This document shows positions 9,980-20,543 of a DNA stretch of 64,000 bases, in pieces (position 1 is the stretch's first letter; each line of letters starts with the position of its first letter). The stretch is from positions 64,001 to 128,000 of the forward strand of contig CAVWPA010000003.1 of NCBI GenBank assembly GCA_963756875.1, written 5' to 3'. Both the position numbers and the translations under genes were made by a program. Origin of the DNA: an uncultured Verrucomicrobiae bacterium. GTDB lineage: Bacteria > Verrucomicrobiota > Verrucomicrobiia > Chthoniobacterales > UBA10450. The notes under the pieces were generated by a model that saw only the letters and a program-made list of their open reading frames with translations, searched no databases and had not been told where the DNA came from.

Positions 9980-11176
9980 TCACAGACCGACGCTCGTTGA
10001 GAAGATTTCCTCTCCGCCAACGAACGTCTGCACCACTTCCATTGTCGGTGACATGACAACAAAGTCGGCATCCGCGCCCGCGTCGAGTCGGCCTTTCGTC
10101 TTCAACCCGATTGCGCCCGCCGGATTTGCCGTCGCCATCGCGACCGCTTCGTGAAACGAGACTTTAGCGCCACGCGCCATCGTGCGGACCAGATCGATCA
10201 TGCGCGAAGCGCTCCCCGCGAGCGCAGAACCGTCCGCAAGAAGACAAATTCCGTCACGGACAACGCAATCGAGGCCGCCAAGCGAAAATTTCGATTCGTT
10301 AGGCAACCCCGCGCCGGCTGTTGCATCGGTAACAAGACAGATGCCGCCGGCGCCCTTCGCGCGATACAACATTTTCATCAACGTGGTCGAAACATGGTGA
10401 CCGTCGGCGATGAGCTCGCACATGATTTCCGGTTCGCTCAACGCAAATTCAAGCAAACCGGCCCTGCGATAAATTCCGTCGCGGCGCGCGCCCGACATGC
10501 AATTGAACGTGTGGGTGACGCCGCGCATACCATGTTCGAACGCTGCCCGCGCCTGATCGTCCCATGCGTCGCTGTGACCGCCGCTGACGTTGATGCCGCG
10601 CGCCGCGAATTTATCGATTGCATCGAGCGCGCCCGGCAGCTCCGGGGCGATGGTGATGCGTTTAATGATTTCTGCGTGTTCGAGCAGGACCGCGCAACGT
10701 TCCGGAGTAGGATCCTGGATAAATTCCTGGCGCTGCGCACCGCGTTTTGCCTTCGAGATGAATGGACCTTCCACGTGAACGCCCACGATTTGCCGGATTG
10801 AAGATCGAGCATCGCGGACGGCTTTGAGAACGTCGACAATCGTCTCGAGCGGAGCGGTCGCGGTGGTCAGCAGCAGCGAGGTCGTGCCACCGCTGGCGTG
10901 ATAATCGCAGATGGCGCGAAATGCATCGACTGATGCTTCCATCGTGTCGCGGCCAACAGCGCCGTGAACGTGGATATCAACAAATCCAGGCGCGAGATAA
11001 TTCCCTTCGAGATCGATTATCTGTTGTGGCCCTGGCTTCCCGCCCGAGGATTCACGGGCAGGATGCCCGTGCCACCTTGGTTCGCGAATCCCAGCGATTT
11101 TGCCGTCCTCGACAACCAGTTCGAGGTCATCACGAATTCCATCTGGAAAAATGCAACGCGCGTTTCGAAAAATCAT
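9980..11176 (-). CDS. nagA: N-acetylglucosamine-6-phosphate deacetylase
   Basis: PGFVDIHVHG, HVEGPFIS, GHSDA, THTFNCM, LIADGHH and LVTDA. Confidence 0.95.
   Translation of the reverse strand: MIFRNARCIFPDGIRDDLELVVEDGKIAGIREPRWHGHPARESSGGKPGPQQIIDLEGNYLAPGFVDIHVHGAVGRDTMEASVDAFRAICDYHASGGTTSLLLTTATAPLETIVDVLKAVRDARSSIRQIVGVHVEGPFISKAKRGAQRQEFIQDPTPERCAVLLEHAEIIKRITIAPELPGALDAIDKFAARGINVSGGHSDAWDDQARAAFEHGMRGVTHTFNCMSGARRDGIYRRAGLLEFALSEPEIMCELIADGHHVSTTLMKMLYRAKGAGGICLVTDATAGAGLPNESKFSLGGLDCVVRDGICLLADGSALAGSASRMIDLVRTMARGAKVSFHEAVAMATANPAGAIGLKTKGRLDAGADADFVVMSPTMEVVQTFVGGEEIFSTSVGL
11026..11075. repeat. GTGGC...GCCAC REP-like doublet inside nagA
   Basis: GTGGCCCTGGCTTCCCGCCCGAG-GATT-CACGGGCAGGATGCCCGTGCCAC; same family as 14012-14062 and 38034-38079. 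Confidence 0.75.
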
Positions 11177-11221
11177 CCTTCAGCAGCGCGAACTTCGGCG
11201 AGCCGATGGAATACGCCAAAG

Positions 11222-11281
11222 AAATTCGCCGGCGTGGCATCGGCATCCGTGCCGATTGGACATAAGCATGGAAGCCCATGC
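11222..11281. repeat. GTGGC REP-like doublet, copy 1 of a direct repeat flanking the autotransporter
   Basis: 50/60 nt identical to 14000-14059 by manual alignment. Confidence 0.8.
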
Positions 11282-11298
11282 AGCGGCAGTAAGCGTGT

Positions 11299-11359
11299 TG
11301 TAGGGCAAGCGCTCCCGCTTGCCAAAGTAGATAAAACTGCAAACGATGCGGTTGCCCTA
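11299..11359. repeat. GTAG REP-like doublet
   Basis: TGTAGGGCAAGCGCTCCCGCTTGCC...GCAAACGATGCGGTTGCCCTA; related to 33721-33800. Confidence 0.75.
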
Positions 11360-11363
11360 TGTG

Positions 11364-13925
11364 TTAAAAGCTCCAGGTGAAACCGCCGCTGACGCCGTTG
11401 CTGCTGTAATTGCCGCGGCCCAGTAACCCGTCGTAGTAGACGTAAATGGCGAAAGCGCGGTTAAGTTGTGCGCTGGCGCCTGCTCTCACCTGCGCGGCGT
11501 CGCGGCCAACATTCGGTCCGTAGACTGTGAAAACCCCGGGGCAATTAAAGAAGCTCGCGTCGATTGGATAGGCTGAATCGTTGAATTCATGCAGCCACGC
11601 AGCACTGAATTCGGGGCGGATGATTACGCTCTTGGATGCGTGCAGATCGTAGGTGGCTCTTACCCCGGCCGTGCTTTGCAGTGAGTCCTCATCCTGATCC
11701 GGGAAATCCAATGGTGCCAGGGAACCTCTCTCCCCGAAATGATCGATGTTCACATCGGTGTACTGGAAGGTAGCCCTTGGCCCGACATTGAGGCAACCAA
11801 AGTGCCAGTCGTAACCGAACGCGCCCAGCACATCGTATTGAGCGCCTTTGGTGCTGCCGATGGCATCACCCAAAAGAGCGGCGCGCCTTGTCTTGTAATC
11901 GTTCCAGGTGCCGCCACCACTGACATCGACATAAAATGGTCCGGAGAACCAGGTCGCAAACCCGCCCACGTTGCCTCCGTTGGTGGTGACCCGGCCGTCG
12001 TAAACCAGGTTGGCTATGCCGGCGTCGTAGCCGCCGTAAATGCCAAACGCCAAATTGTGCAATAAGCGGTAATCGATTCCTACGCTGAAGTTGCCGTTGG
12101 AAAGATTGTAGCCGGTGGCGTTGTCATCGTCGTCTCCGACATTAACAAACTGGCCCGAGCCGGTGGCCCAGATGCCCCAGCGATTTTCAGGGGCGGGGAC
12201 AAAGGCCGGCGCGGGGTTCTTGTTTAAGACCTCTTTGCCGTCGGACTCCTTGCTATAACTGGGAGTGGGCATTTCCACTGCAACGCTCGAGCAAAACCCG
12301 GTCGACCCTGCGCGGATATCATCCATGCGCTGCATGAGATTGACTCCCTGCATGTTGGCCTGGGTGAAGCCCATCTCGTAAATGGAAGCCATCTCTTCGG
12401 GCGCGATCAGGTCGTAGGTGGCGGGCAGATCTGCCAGCGGCACCTGTCCCTCGAAGGCGATCACGTTTGGCACGCAGTTATCCAGGAACGCGTTGTCCAA
12501 CGCCGCGCCGACAGCCCTTTGGTTACGCGTGATGCCTTGCGATTCGAATGTATTCGAAAACGCAAAGCCGATGTCCACGGTGAAGGGATCATCATAAAGC
12601 GCAATCGGCTGGACTAGACCATTCCATCCGACCGGATCCAGAACATCGAACTCACCGGTCCGGGTGCAGACGATGTCGGTTCGGAGGATCGTAACCCGAT
12701 CGCCGGGCAATGGCATGAAGTTGTTCGTTCGCACAACCTCCAGCGTCCCGCCGTCGATATAAATATTCCCGTGCACGAAAAGCAGATCGGCATCGACTCC
12801 TTCATTCAAGCCGCCGATCTCCGCCCGGAAAGTGCCATCGACACGATTATAATAGTCGTTTTGCACCCTGAGGGTCCCGGGAGAATCGCCTGGGCTCACG
12901 ATGCCGTGATTTTCCACGTTGGCGTAAATGGTTCCGTTGCCGGCGAGAGTACCGTCTGTCTTTACAACAGTGTCGCTGGCAATCGAGCCATCCACCTGCA
13001 ACACCCCTTCGTAGATGTTCGTGCCGCCGGTATAAGTATTAGTCCCGGACAAAATGAGCGTGCCGGTGCCCACTTTAGAGATCGACCCGCCGCTGCCGCC
13101 GCTTGTCCCGCCATCCTGAATCACGCCGGAAAAAGTCGTGCTCGTGTTGTTTCCTCCGACCGCCAGGCTTTTGGAGCCGAGCCGGAGGTTGCCGGCGCCG
13201 GCGATCGATCCCGCCGTCATTCCGCCGTTGGTCAGGCCGGAGATGTCGATGAACGCATCGGCCGCCCCATTAATAAGCGTCGCGGTGCCGCCGGTCGAAG
13301 TGCCGTAAAAACTCACATAGCTGGCGATGGAGCTGTTCGTGATGGTGGCATTGCCCGCGGTGGCGCTGTCGTGAAAAAACGTAGCGCTCTCGAACGCGGT
13401 GCTCGTGATGTTGGCGTTGGCGGCGGTCGAATTGTTGTTAAATTCGGTGAAGCTGGCCATGCCGCTGTTGGTAATGGCGGCGTTTGCGGCTGTCGCGCCG
13501 TTATTGAAACGGGTATCGCTGTTGCCACCGCTGTTCTCGATCGTCTGGGTATTGGCGGAATCATTGGTAATGCCCGTGCCACTTATGATTAGAGTTTGGT
13601 TCGCTCCAGAATTCAGCAGCGTAAACCCTCCGGCATTGGCGCTGAAATTGATGTCGTTGACGTTAATGTTTGCGCCGAGCGTGACCGTTCCTCCGCCGGT
13701 GCCGTTAAAGTTGGCAATGTTACTGTCCCACATCGCCGCGGTGTAACCGGGAAAAGTGCTGCTCCACTGCATGTTTGCGTTGTCCCACGTGCCGCTGCCC
13801 GCCGTGGCGGGATTCGATCCCGTGCCAGCCCAGTAAAGCTGCGCGGAAGCGTGCCCGGCAAACATGACCGTGAAAATGACGGACAGGCAAAACGCCAGAG
13901 TAGGTTTTCGTAGTTGTATCTTCAT
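11364..13925 (-). CDS. Autotransporter with beta-helix passenger and C-terminal beta-barrel
   Basis: Signal peptide, N/G/T-rich repeats, KVGTGTLILSGTNTYTGGT passenger-associated repeat, VSPGDSPGTL, barrel ending in GFTWSF. Confidence 0.9.
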   Translation of the reverse strand: MKIQLRKPTLAFCLSVIFTVMFAGHASAQLYWAGTGSNPATAGSGTWDNANMQWSSTFPGYTAAMWDSNIANFNGTGGGTVTLGANINVNDINFSANAGGFTLLNSGANQTLIISGTGITNDSANTQTIENSGGNSDTRFNNGATAANAAITNSGMASFTEFNNNSTAANANITSTAFESATFFHDSATAGNATITNSSIASYVSFYGTSTGGTATLINGAADAFIDISGLTNGGMTAGSIAGAGNLRLGSKSLAVGGNNTSTTFSGVIQDGGTSGGSGGSISKVGTGTLILSGTNTYTGGTNIYEGVLQVDGSIASDTVVKTDGTLAGNGTIYANVENHGIVSPGDSPGTLRVQNDYYNRVDGTFRAEIGGLNEGVDADLLFVHGNIYIDGGTLEVVRTNNFMPLPGDRVTILRTDIVCTRTGEFDVLDPVGWNGLVQPIALYDDPFTVDIGFAFSNTFESQGITRNQRAVGAALDNAFLDNCVPNVIAFEGQVPLADLPATYDLIAPEEMASIYEMGFTQANMQGVNLMQRMDDIRAGSTGFCSSVAVEMPTPSYSKESDGKEVLNKNPAPAFVPAPENRWGIWATGSGQFVNVGDDDDNATGYNLSNGNFSVGIDYRLLHNLAFGIYGGYDAGIANLVYDGRVTTNGGNVGGFATWFSGPFYVDVSGGGTWNDYKTRRAALLGDAIGSTKGAQYDVLGAFGYDWHFGCLNVGPRATFQYTDVNIDHFGERGSLAPLDFPDQDEDSLQSTAGVRATYDLHASKSVIIRPEFSAAWLHEFNDSAYPIDASFFNCPGVFTVYGPNVGRDAAQVRAGASAQLNRAFAIYVYYDGLLGRGNYSSNGVSGGFTWSF

Positions 13926-13999
13926 GGTTGCGATTCTTCCTGCCCAAATGGCGCCGCATGTTTGCCCGATTCGATTCCCAATGTCCAGCCCGAAGGCAA

Positions 14000-14062
14000 A
14001 AATTCGACGAGGTGGCATCGGCATCCATGCCGATGAGACATGGGTATGGGAGCCCATGCCAC
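14000..14062. repeat. GTGGC...GCCAC REP-like doublet, copy 2 of the direct repeat
   Basis: GTGGCATCGGCATCCATGCCGATG-AGA-CATGGGTATGGGAGCCCATGCCAC. Confidence 0.8.
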
Positions 14063-14266
14063 CGGCAGATCGCGTTGTCCGGCAACGCCGAATGGGTAAA
14101 TACGCCTACTCGACATTAGTGTCGATTACGCAACCTGAGACTGATGCCCGGTTCGCTCGGGAACTTTGGCGACGCCCAGCCGTCCATGAAGGGGTTCCGC
14201 GGAAGCCTGCGAAGTCCAAAAGCTTTCCGTCGCAGGCGGTCTCTCGTTCGGTGCAGATCGCTCCGG

Positions 14267-15362
14267 CTACGGATAAAGGATTTTGAGATACCAGCCGACC
14301 AAACTCTCCCCAAAAAACAACCAGCTTAGCGCGCCCAGAGCCAGATAAGGCCCAAAAGGAAGTTTGGCGGACCAGACACGCTTACCGATGAGCAGGGTCA
14401 CGATTCCGACGATCGAACCGAGCAGCGACCCGGCAAAGATGCTGAAGAGAACGGCGCGCCATCCCAGGAACGCACCAATCGCCGCGAGGAACTTCAGATC
14501 GCCGCGACCCATGGCCTCTCTCGGTATTTGTAACGTGCGCACCACGCCCGAGATTTCGTTCACCTGATCGAGCGCTAATTCGCACTCTCCCGCCTGGACG
14601 CGGTCATAATAAAACTTCAGCTCCGCAGCGCCAAACGTCCGGTCGTCGATTCGCGCTTCGTCGCAACGCAGAATCAGCAAATCCCTTTCCCGTATGAAAT
14701 GCTCGCTCCAGGTGCTGCGTTCCTCGCCCACCACCAAATCGGCGTCGTCCCCGCGCCGGGTCCAGGTAAACCGGGTCGGTTCATCGAGCCTGATATTTTT
14801 TCGGCCAAATACGAGCTTCCCCGCTTCCAGGACGAACAACAGGACGAAGTATCCCAGCGCCGCCGATAACACCGACATCAGCGAGCGCGCTCCAGCGGCT
14901 TTCCGAGCGCATGAGTTCCGGGAGAATGAAACTGCTGACAAGTCCGGCGATCGTTCCGCCCCACGTCACTTCATCAGGAATGATGTAGTGCTCAAAATCG
15001 ATGAACGTCGCAACGATCAGGATCGAAACAAAAACGCCATATGCGATCGCAACCGGCCACGGGAAGAGTCGCCAGATAGCAAGGAAAAGGAGCGCAGTGA
15101 GAAGCTCTACCCCAAAGTAACGAAACCCGATTTTGTGTCTGCAATTGGCGCAACGCCCCCGCAGCACGAGCCAGCTGACGAGCGGAATGTTCTGGTGCCA
15201 GGGAATTTCCTTTTTGCAATGGGGACAAAACGAGCGGCGCGGCCGATTGACAGAAAGATCGCGAGGCAAACGATAAATGCAGACGTTCAAGAACGAGCCG
15301 ACGACTGCGCCGAGGCCGAATGCGAACGCGCTGAAGAGAAAGCCGTAGGTTGATTCGTTCAC
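14267..15362 (-). CDS. pilD: Prepilin peptidase (A24), frameshift near 14882
   Basis: GSFLNVCIYRLP, RSFCPHC, GRCANC and IDFEHYIIPD in one frame; MGRGDLKF and PFGPYL in the other. Confidence 0.9.
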
Positions 15363-15366
15363 GCGA

Positions 15367-16149
15367 TCAGGCAGCGGGAGTGGTTGATTTCCGCCGCTCC
15401 ATGAACCACGCGATCCAGATGCAACTTTCGTAAAGCACGCACATCGGTAACGCCATTGCCACCAATGTCAGCACGTCCGGGGTTGGCGTGATGATACTGG
15501 CGAGAATAAAGATAAGGACGATCGCGTAAGGCCGGGTGCGCGCCATAAACTTATAGGTAACAAGTCCGAACCTGACCAACGCCAGAACAACCACCGGCAA
15601 TTCAAAGGCAAGACCGAACCCGATAACGAACCGGGTAACGAACGAATAATATTGTTGCACGGTCCACGTAGGCGCCCAGCCGAGCGACTCCGTGTCGCGA
15701 AAGAAGAAAAGAATCGTTTTCGGCAGCAACCAAAAATAACAAACCAGCACACCAAGCAAAAAAAGGCCGAAGCTGACGAAGATTGCGGGAAACAAGAATC
15801 GTTTTTCAACAGCAGTGAGGGCGGGCAGCACAAACTCAGCCAAAAAATAGAGAAGGATTGGAAAAGAAACGGCGATACCCGCATAAAACGCCAGGTGAAA
15901 CGAGATCACAATGGAGTCGGTGATTCCGAGAGCCTTAAGCGCCCCGATTTTTGAACCGACATCATGTAAAGGCACCTGCAGGACGCGCACAAGGGTCCCG
16001 CGAAAGGCGAAGCATAAAATCATGGCAACAACCAGGGTGATCGCCATTTTCACGATCATCCATCGCAGGTCCTCGAGATGCTCGAGAAACGGTTTCGACG
16101 TTTCGCTCTCGGGCAGCTCACGAAATTTGAAAATGTCCCGCAGCGCCAT
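15367..16149 (-). CDS. tatC: Twin-arginine translocase subunit C
   Basis: PFLEHLEDLR, FVLPAL, GLAFELP, ITPTPD and LYE. Confidence 0.95.
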   Translation of the reverse strand: MALRDIFKFRELPESETSKPFLEHLEDLRWMIVKMAITLVVAMILCFAFRGTLVRVLQVPLHDVGSKIGALKALGITDSIVISFHLAFYAGIAVSFPILLYFLAEFVLPALTAVEKRFLFPAIFVSFGLFLLGVLVCYFWLLPKTILFFFRDTESLGWAPTWTVQQYYSFVTRFVIGFGLAFELPVVVLALVRFGLVTYKFMARTRPYAIVLIFILASIITPTPDVLTLVAMALPMCVLYESCIWIAWFMERRKSTTPAA

Positions 16150-16164
16150 GTGATCGGCAATTAA

Positions 16165-16773
16165 TTAATGCGAATCAAGCGAGAGGAGCCCGCGTGCCGC
16201 CAGCCGCGCGCAAATGCCGAGCGTGTTGGCGTCGCGAATCTCGTTTTCAGCGATCATGCGGCACAGCTCTTCGGCCGAAAACGGGCGGCACTCGATAATT
16301 GATTCCGTCTCATCACGCACATAACCGGCGCACGGCCGAACCGGCCGGGCGAGCAAAAAGTATCCATGCTCATCGGTAAATCCCGGCGAGCAAAAAAAAT
16401 GCCCGAGCTCGATCAGTTCGCCGCCTGCCGCCAGTTCGTAGCCCGCTTCCTCGCGAAGTTCGCGCAGGCCTGTCTTCTGAATTTCATTTCGGTCCGGCTC
16501 ATGCGCGCTGTCGATCTGACCCGAGGGCATTTCCCAGATCGTGGTGCGAATCGGAATGCGTTCCTGACGAATCAGGACGATTTTCCCATCCTGAGTCATC
16601 GGCGCAACAATTACAGCGGCCTTGCGACGCACCACGGTCCAGGAACGCGGCTTGGAGCGCATCGGCGTCCGCACGTAATCGGTTACCACTTCGACATGCG
16701 CGTTCGCAAAGTGCGGCTCGCTCGAAATAGTTTCCCAGCCATCGGCATCGTGGACCAGCCCGTCTCGTATCAC
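16165..16773 (-). CDS. Nudix hydrolase (ADP-ribose pyrophosphatase-like)
   Basis: WEMPSG...GLRELREEAGY Nudix box and SPGFTDE; start uncertain. Confidence 0.85.
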   Translation of the reverse strand: MIRDGLVHDADGWETISSEPHFANAHVEVVTDYVRTPMRSKPRSWTVVRRKAAVIVAPMTQDGKIVLIRQERIPIRTTIWEMPSGQIDSAHEPDRNEIQKTGLRELREEAGYELAAGGELIELGHFFCSPGFTDEHGYFLLARPVRPCAGYVRDETESIIECRPFSAEELCRMIAENEIRDANTLGICARLAARGLLSLDSH

Positions 16774-16837
16774 GCGGTGAACTGTAGAGGCCGCTCTCCT
16801 CAGCGGCAATCACCGGATTTTGTAATCAAACTCGCCC

Positions 16838-18211
16838 CTATCGCTTCGCCAGCTGTTTTTTCCAGCGCTCGATTTGCGCGGCGACGTTCTCCGGTGAAGG
16901 CGCGCCAGTCGCGCGCCGCGCCGCAAGTGAGCGACGCGCATCGAAAATGTTCGCCATGTCGGCATCGAACATGGGAGAGAATTTCTTCAACTCGGCCCAT
17001 GGCATTTCGCTCAGTCGCGCTCCCTGCTCGATCGTCCGGGCGACAACCTTGCCAACGATCTCGTGAGCCTCTCGAAACGGCGTTCCTTTCTTTACCAGAT
17101 ATTCTGCGAGATCGGTGGCAAGAAGATTCGGATCGTTCGCCGCGGCTTCCATGCGGCCACGGTTGATTTTAATCTCCGGCAGCATTGCCGAAAAAAGCTC
17201 CAAAGCCGCGGCAATTGTGTCCACGGAATCGAAAAGCGCTTCCTTGTCTTCCTGTAAATCGCGATTGTAAGACGTTGGCAGACCTTTCATGACCGTCAGG
17301 ATGGACATCAGATTCCCATAAAGCCGCCCGGTCTTGCCGCGCGTGAGCTCGGCCATGTCCGGATTTTTCTTCTGAGGCATCAAACTCGATCCCGTGGAAA
17401 AAGCGTCGCTCAACTCGACGAAACCGAACTCGCTCGTGCTCCAGAGAATCAGGTCCTCGCTCAGGCGCGAGAGATGCATTCCGATCATGGCGAGACAAAA
17501 CAAAAACTCGCAGACGAAATCGCGGTCGCCCACCGCGTCGAGACTATTCTGACTGACACGCGCAAAGCCGAGTTCGCGCGCCATCGATTCACGATCCAGG
17601 ACAATGGTGGAGCCGGCCAGCGCGCCGGAACCGAGCGGAAACACATCGACCCGCCCGAGACAATCATGCAACCGATCCACATCGCGATCCAGCGCCTCGA
17701 TCTGGCCTAACAAGTGGTGAGCAAGCAGAATCGGTTGGGCGCGCTGCAAATGCGTGTATCCCGGCATGACAACGTCGGCATGGCTGCTGGCGAGATCCAG
17801 CAGAGCGGCTTGCAACCGTACGATCCCTGACCCAATCCCGCCGGCCTGATCCTTGACGAACAGCCGAAGATCGAGCGCAACCTGATCGTTTCGACTGCGG
17901 GCGGTATGCAGCTTCGCCCCGGCCGCGCCGATCCGCTTTGCCAAGGCCGCCTCGATATTCATGTGCACGTCTTCGAGCGAGGCATCCCAGTGGAACTTTC
18001 CACTGTCGATTTCCTTTTCAATTTCGCGCAATCCCGCGGCGATTTCGTCGCGCTCCTCCGCAGATCAGGATCCCGGCCTGGGTCAGCGCCGCTGGCGTGA
18101 GCGATGGAGCCGGCTGATGTCATAACGAAACAGGCGCTGATCGAAAGAAACCGACTCACTGTAACCCTGCGCGGATTCGGCAACTGAACGGTTGAATCTT
18201 CCCTTGCGCAT
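16838..18211 (-). CDS. argH: Argininosuccinate lyase, three +1 indels at about 18115, 18093 and 18062
   Basis: EDVHMNIE, HTARSRNDQ, MPGYTHLQRAQP and GSSLMPQKKNPD; the N-terminus MRKGRF...SVSFDQRLFRYDI/AGSIAHA/AALTQAGIL was recovered by hand. Confidence 0.95.
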
Positions 18212-18361
18212 GTTTCAACCGGCCGCGGCACCTGAATCGTCATCTGCCGACGCGTTACTGGAACCCATAGGACTCACGAAACCTTCGTTTCGCCGCATAC
18301 CCCAGAATAGTCAATCCTGTTTCGGCGATGCTGCCGTTGAACCTCCGTTTTCCGTGTCGCT

Positions 18362-18733
18362 TCAACCGACGCGTGCTCGTCGCGTCACGCTTACCGAAGC
18401 ATAGGCGGCGTCGGCCAAAACGAACTTGCGCACCTCCACAACGATCTTTCGAATGGCAAAGCTCCGTAGCAAATGGGCTGCGATCCGGTCGGCCAGAGTC
18501 TCGATCAGTTTGGGCGATTGCTGCCGCGCGAATTTCTTGGCTTCTTCACAAACGGCGGAATAGTCCACCGTCCGCCAGATCTCGTCGTTCAGATCCCGAA
18601 AGTCGCGCACCGGCCAGAGCGTCAGGTTGACGATGAGTCGTTGCCGCTTCGCCCGCTCGGCTTTTGGAACGCCAACACGCGCGGAGACTTTGAGCTGCTC
18701 AATATGAATCTCATGACCGGGCCCGGTTCTCAT
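18362..18733 (-). CDS. folB: Dihydroneopterin aldolase
   Basis: RVGVPKAER, TVDYSAV, LIETLADRIA and VEVRK. Confidence 0.9.
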   Translation of the reverse strand: MRTGPGHEIHIEQLKVSARVGVPKAERAKRQRLIVNLTLWPVRDFRDLNDEIWRTVDYSAVCEEAKKFARQQSPKLIETLADRIAAHLLRSFAIRKIVVEVRKFVLADAAYASVSVTRRARVG

Positions 18734-19091
18734 CCGAACCTTAGCATCCGTTAGCGTTGGGCCTGAGCGCAACAATGGATTGAGCAGGTGGAACCGGCAA
18801 ACCGCGCGCTCCAGCAGCATTGATAGGCCGCTGATGCTGACGATGCGATTATTTAACCTTCACGACGTTGCCAGTAAAAACTAGAATGGGGAGGCCGCTC
18901 GTTTCGGCTTATTTCAGCAGAATCCAATTTGATTGCTGCTCAGCCCACCACAAAGGCGAGCCTCTTCGGCGACTGTGCCGCGGAAGCGCTGCCTGATTTC
19001 TTACAAGAGCTCGATCTTGCGAACGGCGCTCGAATTTGGGAAAAATGGTTCAAGCGACCAAGGCCACAACCTGAAACCGTCGGCTCAACGA

Positions 19092-20522
19092 ATGGATAGA
19101 CACCGTCAAACATTTCTGGACAAGCTGCAAGCGAACGCGTTCGCGCGGGTTGACATCGCTTCTCTCGTTTTTTTTCGGATCGCTTTCGGCCTTTTAATAG
19201 TCTGGAGGGTCCAGTGGGCCTGGTCGCTTCATCGGATTGAGCAGTGGTGGATCGCCCCGCGTTTTCTGTTCAAATATCACGGATTTTCCTGGGTCCATCC
19301 CTGGCCCGGCAACGGACTTTACATTCACTGGCTCGTTCTCGGCATTCTGGCGCTGTTCATTGCAGCCGGTTTTCTCTATCGCGCCAGCACCGTTCTTTTT
19401 TTCCTAAGCCACACCTATTTCTTCCTTCTGGACCAGGGACGGTACGTCAATCACACCTACCTCATTTGTCTGTTCGGCTTCCTTTTGATTTTTGTTCCGG
19501 CGCACCGCGCATTCTCCATCGACGCGTGGCTGTTCCCCAGGATTCGCTCGCAGACGGCTCCGGCCTGGTCGCTCTGGCTGCTGCGCGCCCAAATGGGTGT
19601 GGTTTATTTCTTCGCCGGCGTGGCGAAAATTTCGTCCGACTGGCTTCACGGCGAACCGATCCGAGGAATGCTGCCGCATACCAGCAGCTCTCCTTTCATA
19701 AATTATATGTTGCACCGGGAGTGGCTTCCCTACGCCGCCAGCTACGGCGGCCTTCTCTTTGATTTGTTTGTTGTGCCGCTGCTGCTTTGGCGCCGCACGC
19801 GGATCGCAGCTTTTTGTCTCGCGGTGTTATTTCATTTGGCTAACGCGCTGGCGTTTCCCATCGACATTTTCCCGTGGCTTGCCATCGCAGCCACGACGGT
19901 CTTTCTGTCGCCAAACTGGCCACGCCGGATCGTATCTTTTTTCCGAAAACCGGCGGCAGTCGCATCGCCTTCCACAGAGGAGATAAAGATGCCGTCACGG
20001 CCCAAGCGAATCTTGGTTTTGAGCTTTGTGACGATTTACATCGCAATCCAATTGCTGGTCCCCCTCCGTCATTTCCTTTATCCCGGTGGCATCGAATGGA
20101 CCTACATGGAACATCGTTTCAGCTGGCAAATGATGCTGCGGAACTATCGACTGATCACGTTTTTCTACGTTACCGATCCGAACAGCGGCGAGATATACCA
20201 GATAAGGCCGGAGACCTATCTGAACCGCGGACAGATCCAGCGCATGGGATGGCGGCCCGACATGGTCCAGCAATTTGCGCATTTCCTTGCCGAAATCGGG
20301 CCGCGTACCGGCATCAAGCCACTTCGGGTGGAAGTGCGAATGTTCGTCTCGGTGAACGGCCGAAAACCGCGGCTCTTTTTCGACCCGAACGTCGATCTCA
20401 ACGCCGAACCACGGACCTGGGGCCGGCCGCGTTGGCTTCTGCAAGTACACGAGCCCCTTCCTCCTCGCGGGCAAAACCTGTCCGGAGACCTCTTTGACTC
20501 ACCGCGCGATGGCTCGGAATGA
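19092..20522 (+). CDS. HTTM-domain protein (vitamin K-dependent gamma-carboxylase-like)
   Basis: SLVFFRIAFG, YVNHTYL, YFFAGVAKISSDWLHGEP, FSWQMML and FDPNVDL. Confidence 0.85.
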   Translation: MDRHRQTFLDKLQANAFARVDIASLVFFRIAFGLLIVWRVQWAWSLHRIEQWWIAPRFLFKYHGFSWVHPWPGNGLYIHWLVLGILALFIAAGFLYRASTVLFFLSHTYFFLLDQGRYVNHTYLICLFGFLLIFVPAHRAFSIDAWLFPRIRSQTAPAWSLWLLRAQMGVVYFFAGVAKISSDWLHGEPIRGMLPHTSSSPFINYMLHREWLPYAASYGGLLFDLFVVPLLLWRRTRIAAFCLAVLFHLANALAFPIDIFPWLAIAATTVFLSPNWPRRIVSFFRKPAAVASPSTEEIKMPSRPKRILVLSFVTIYIAIQLLVPLRHFLYPGGIEWTYMEHRFSWQMMLRNYRLITFFYVTDPNSGEIYQIRPETYLNRGQIQRMGWRPDMVQQFAHFLAEIGPRTGIKPLRVEVRMFVSVNGRKPRLFFDPNVDLNAEPRTWGRPRWLLQVHEPLPPRGQNLSGDLFDSPRDGSE

Positions 20523-20543
20523 TTTGCCTTAGTTAATCTTGGG

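Noticed and set aside
16838..18211. argH, pilD or ggt as true pseudogenes
   Set aside because: Catalytic motifs are intact and only isolated single-base indels occur, so sequencing error is more likely.
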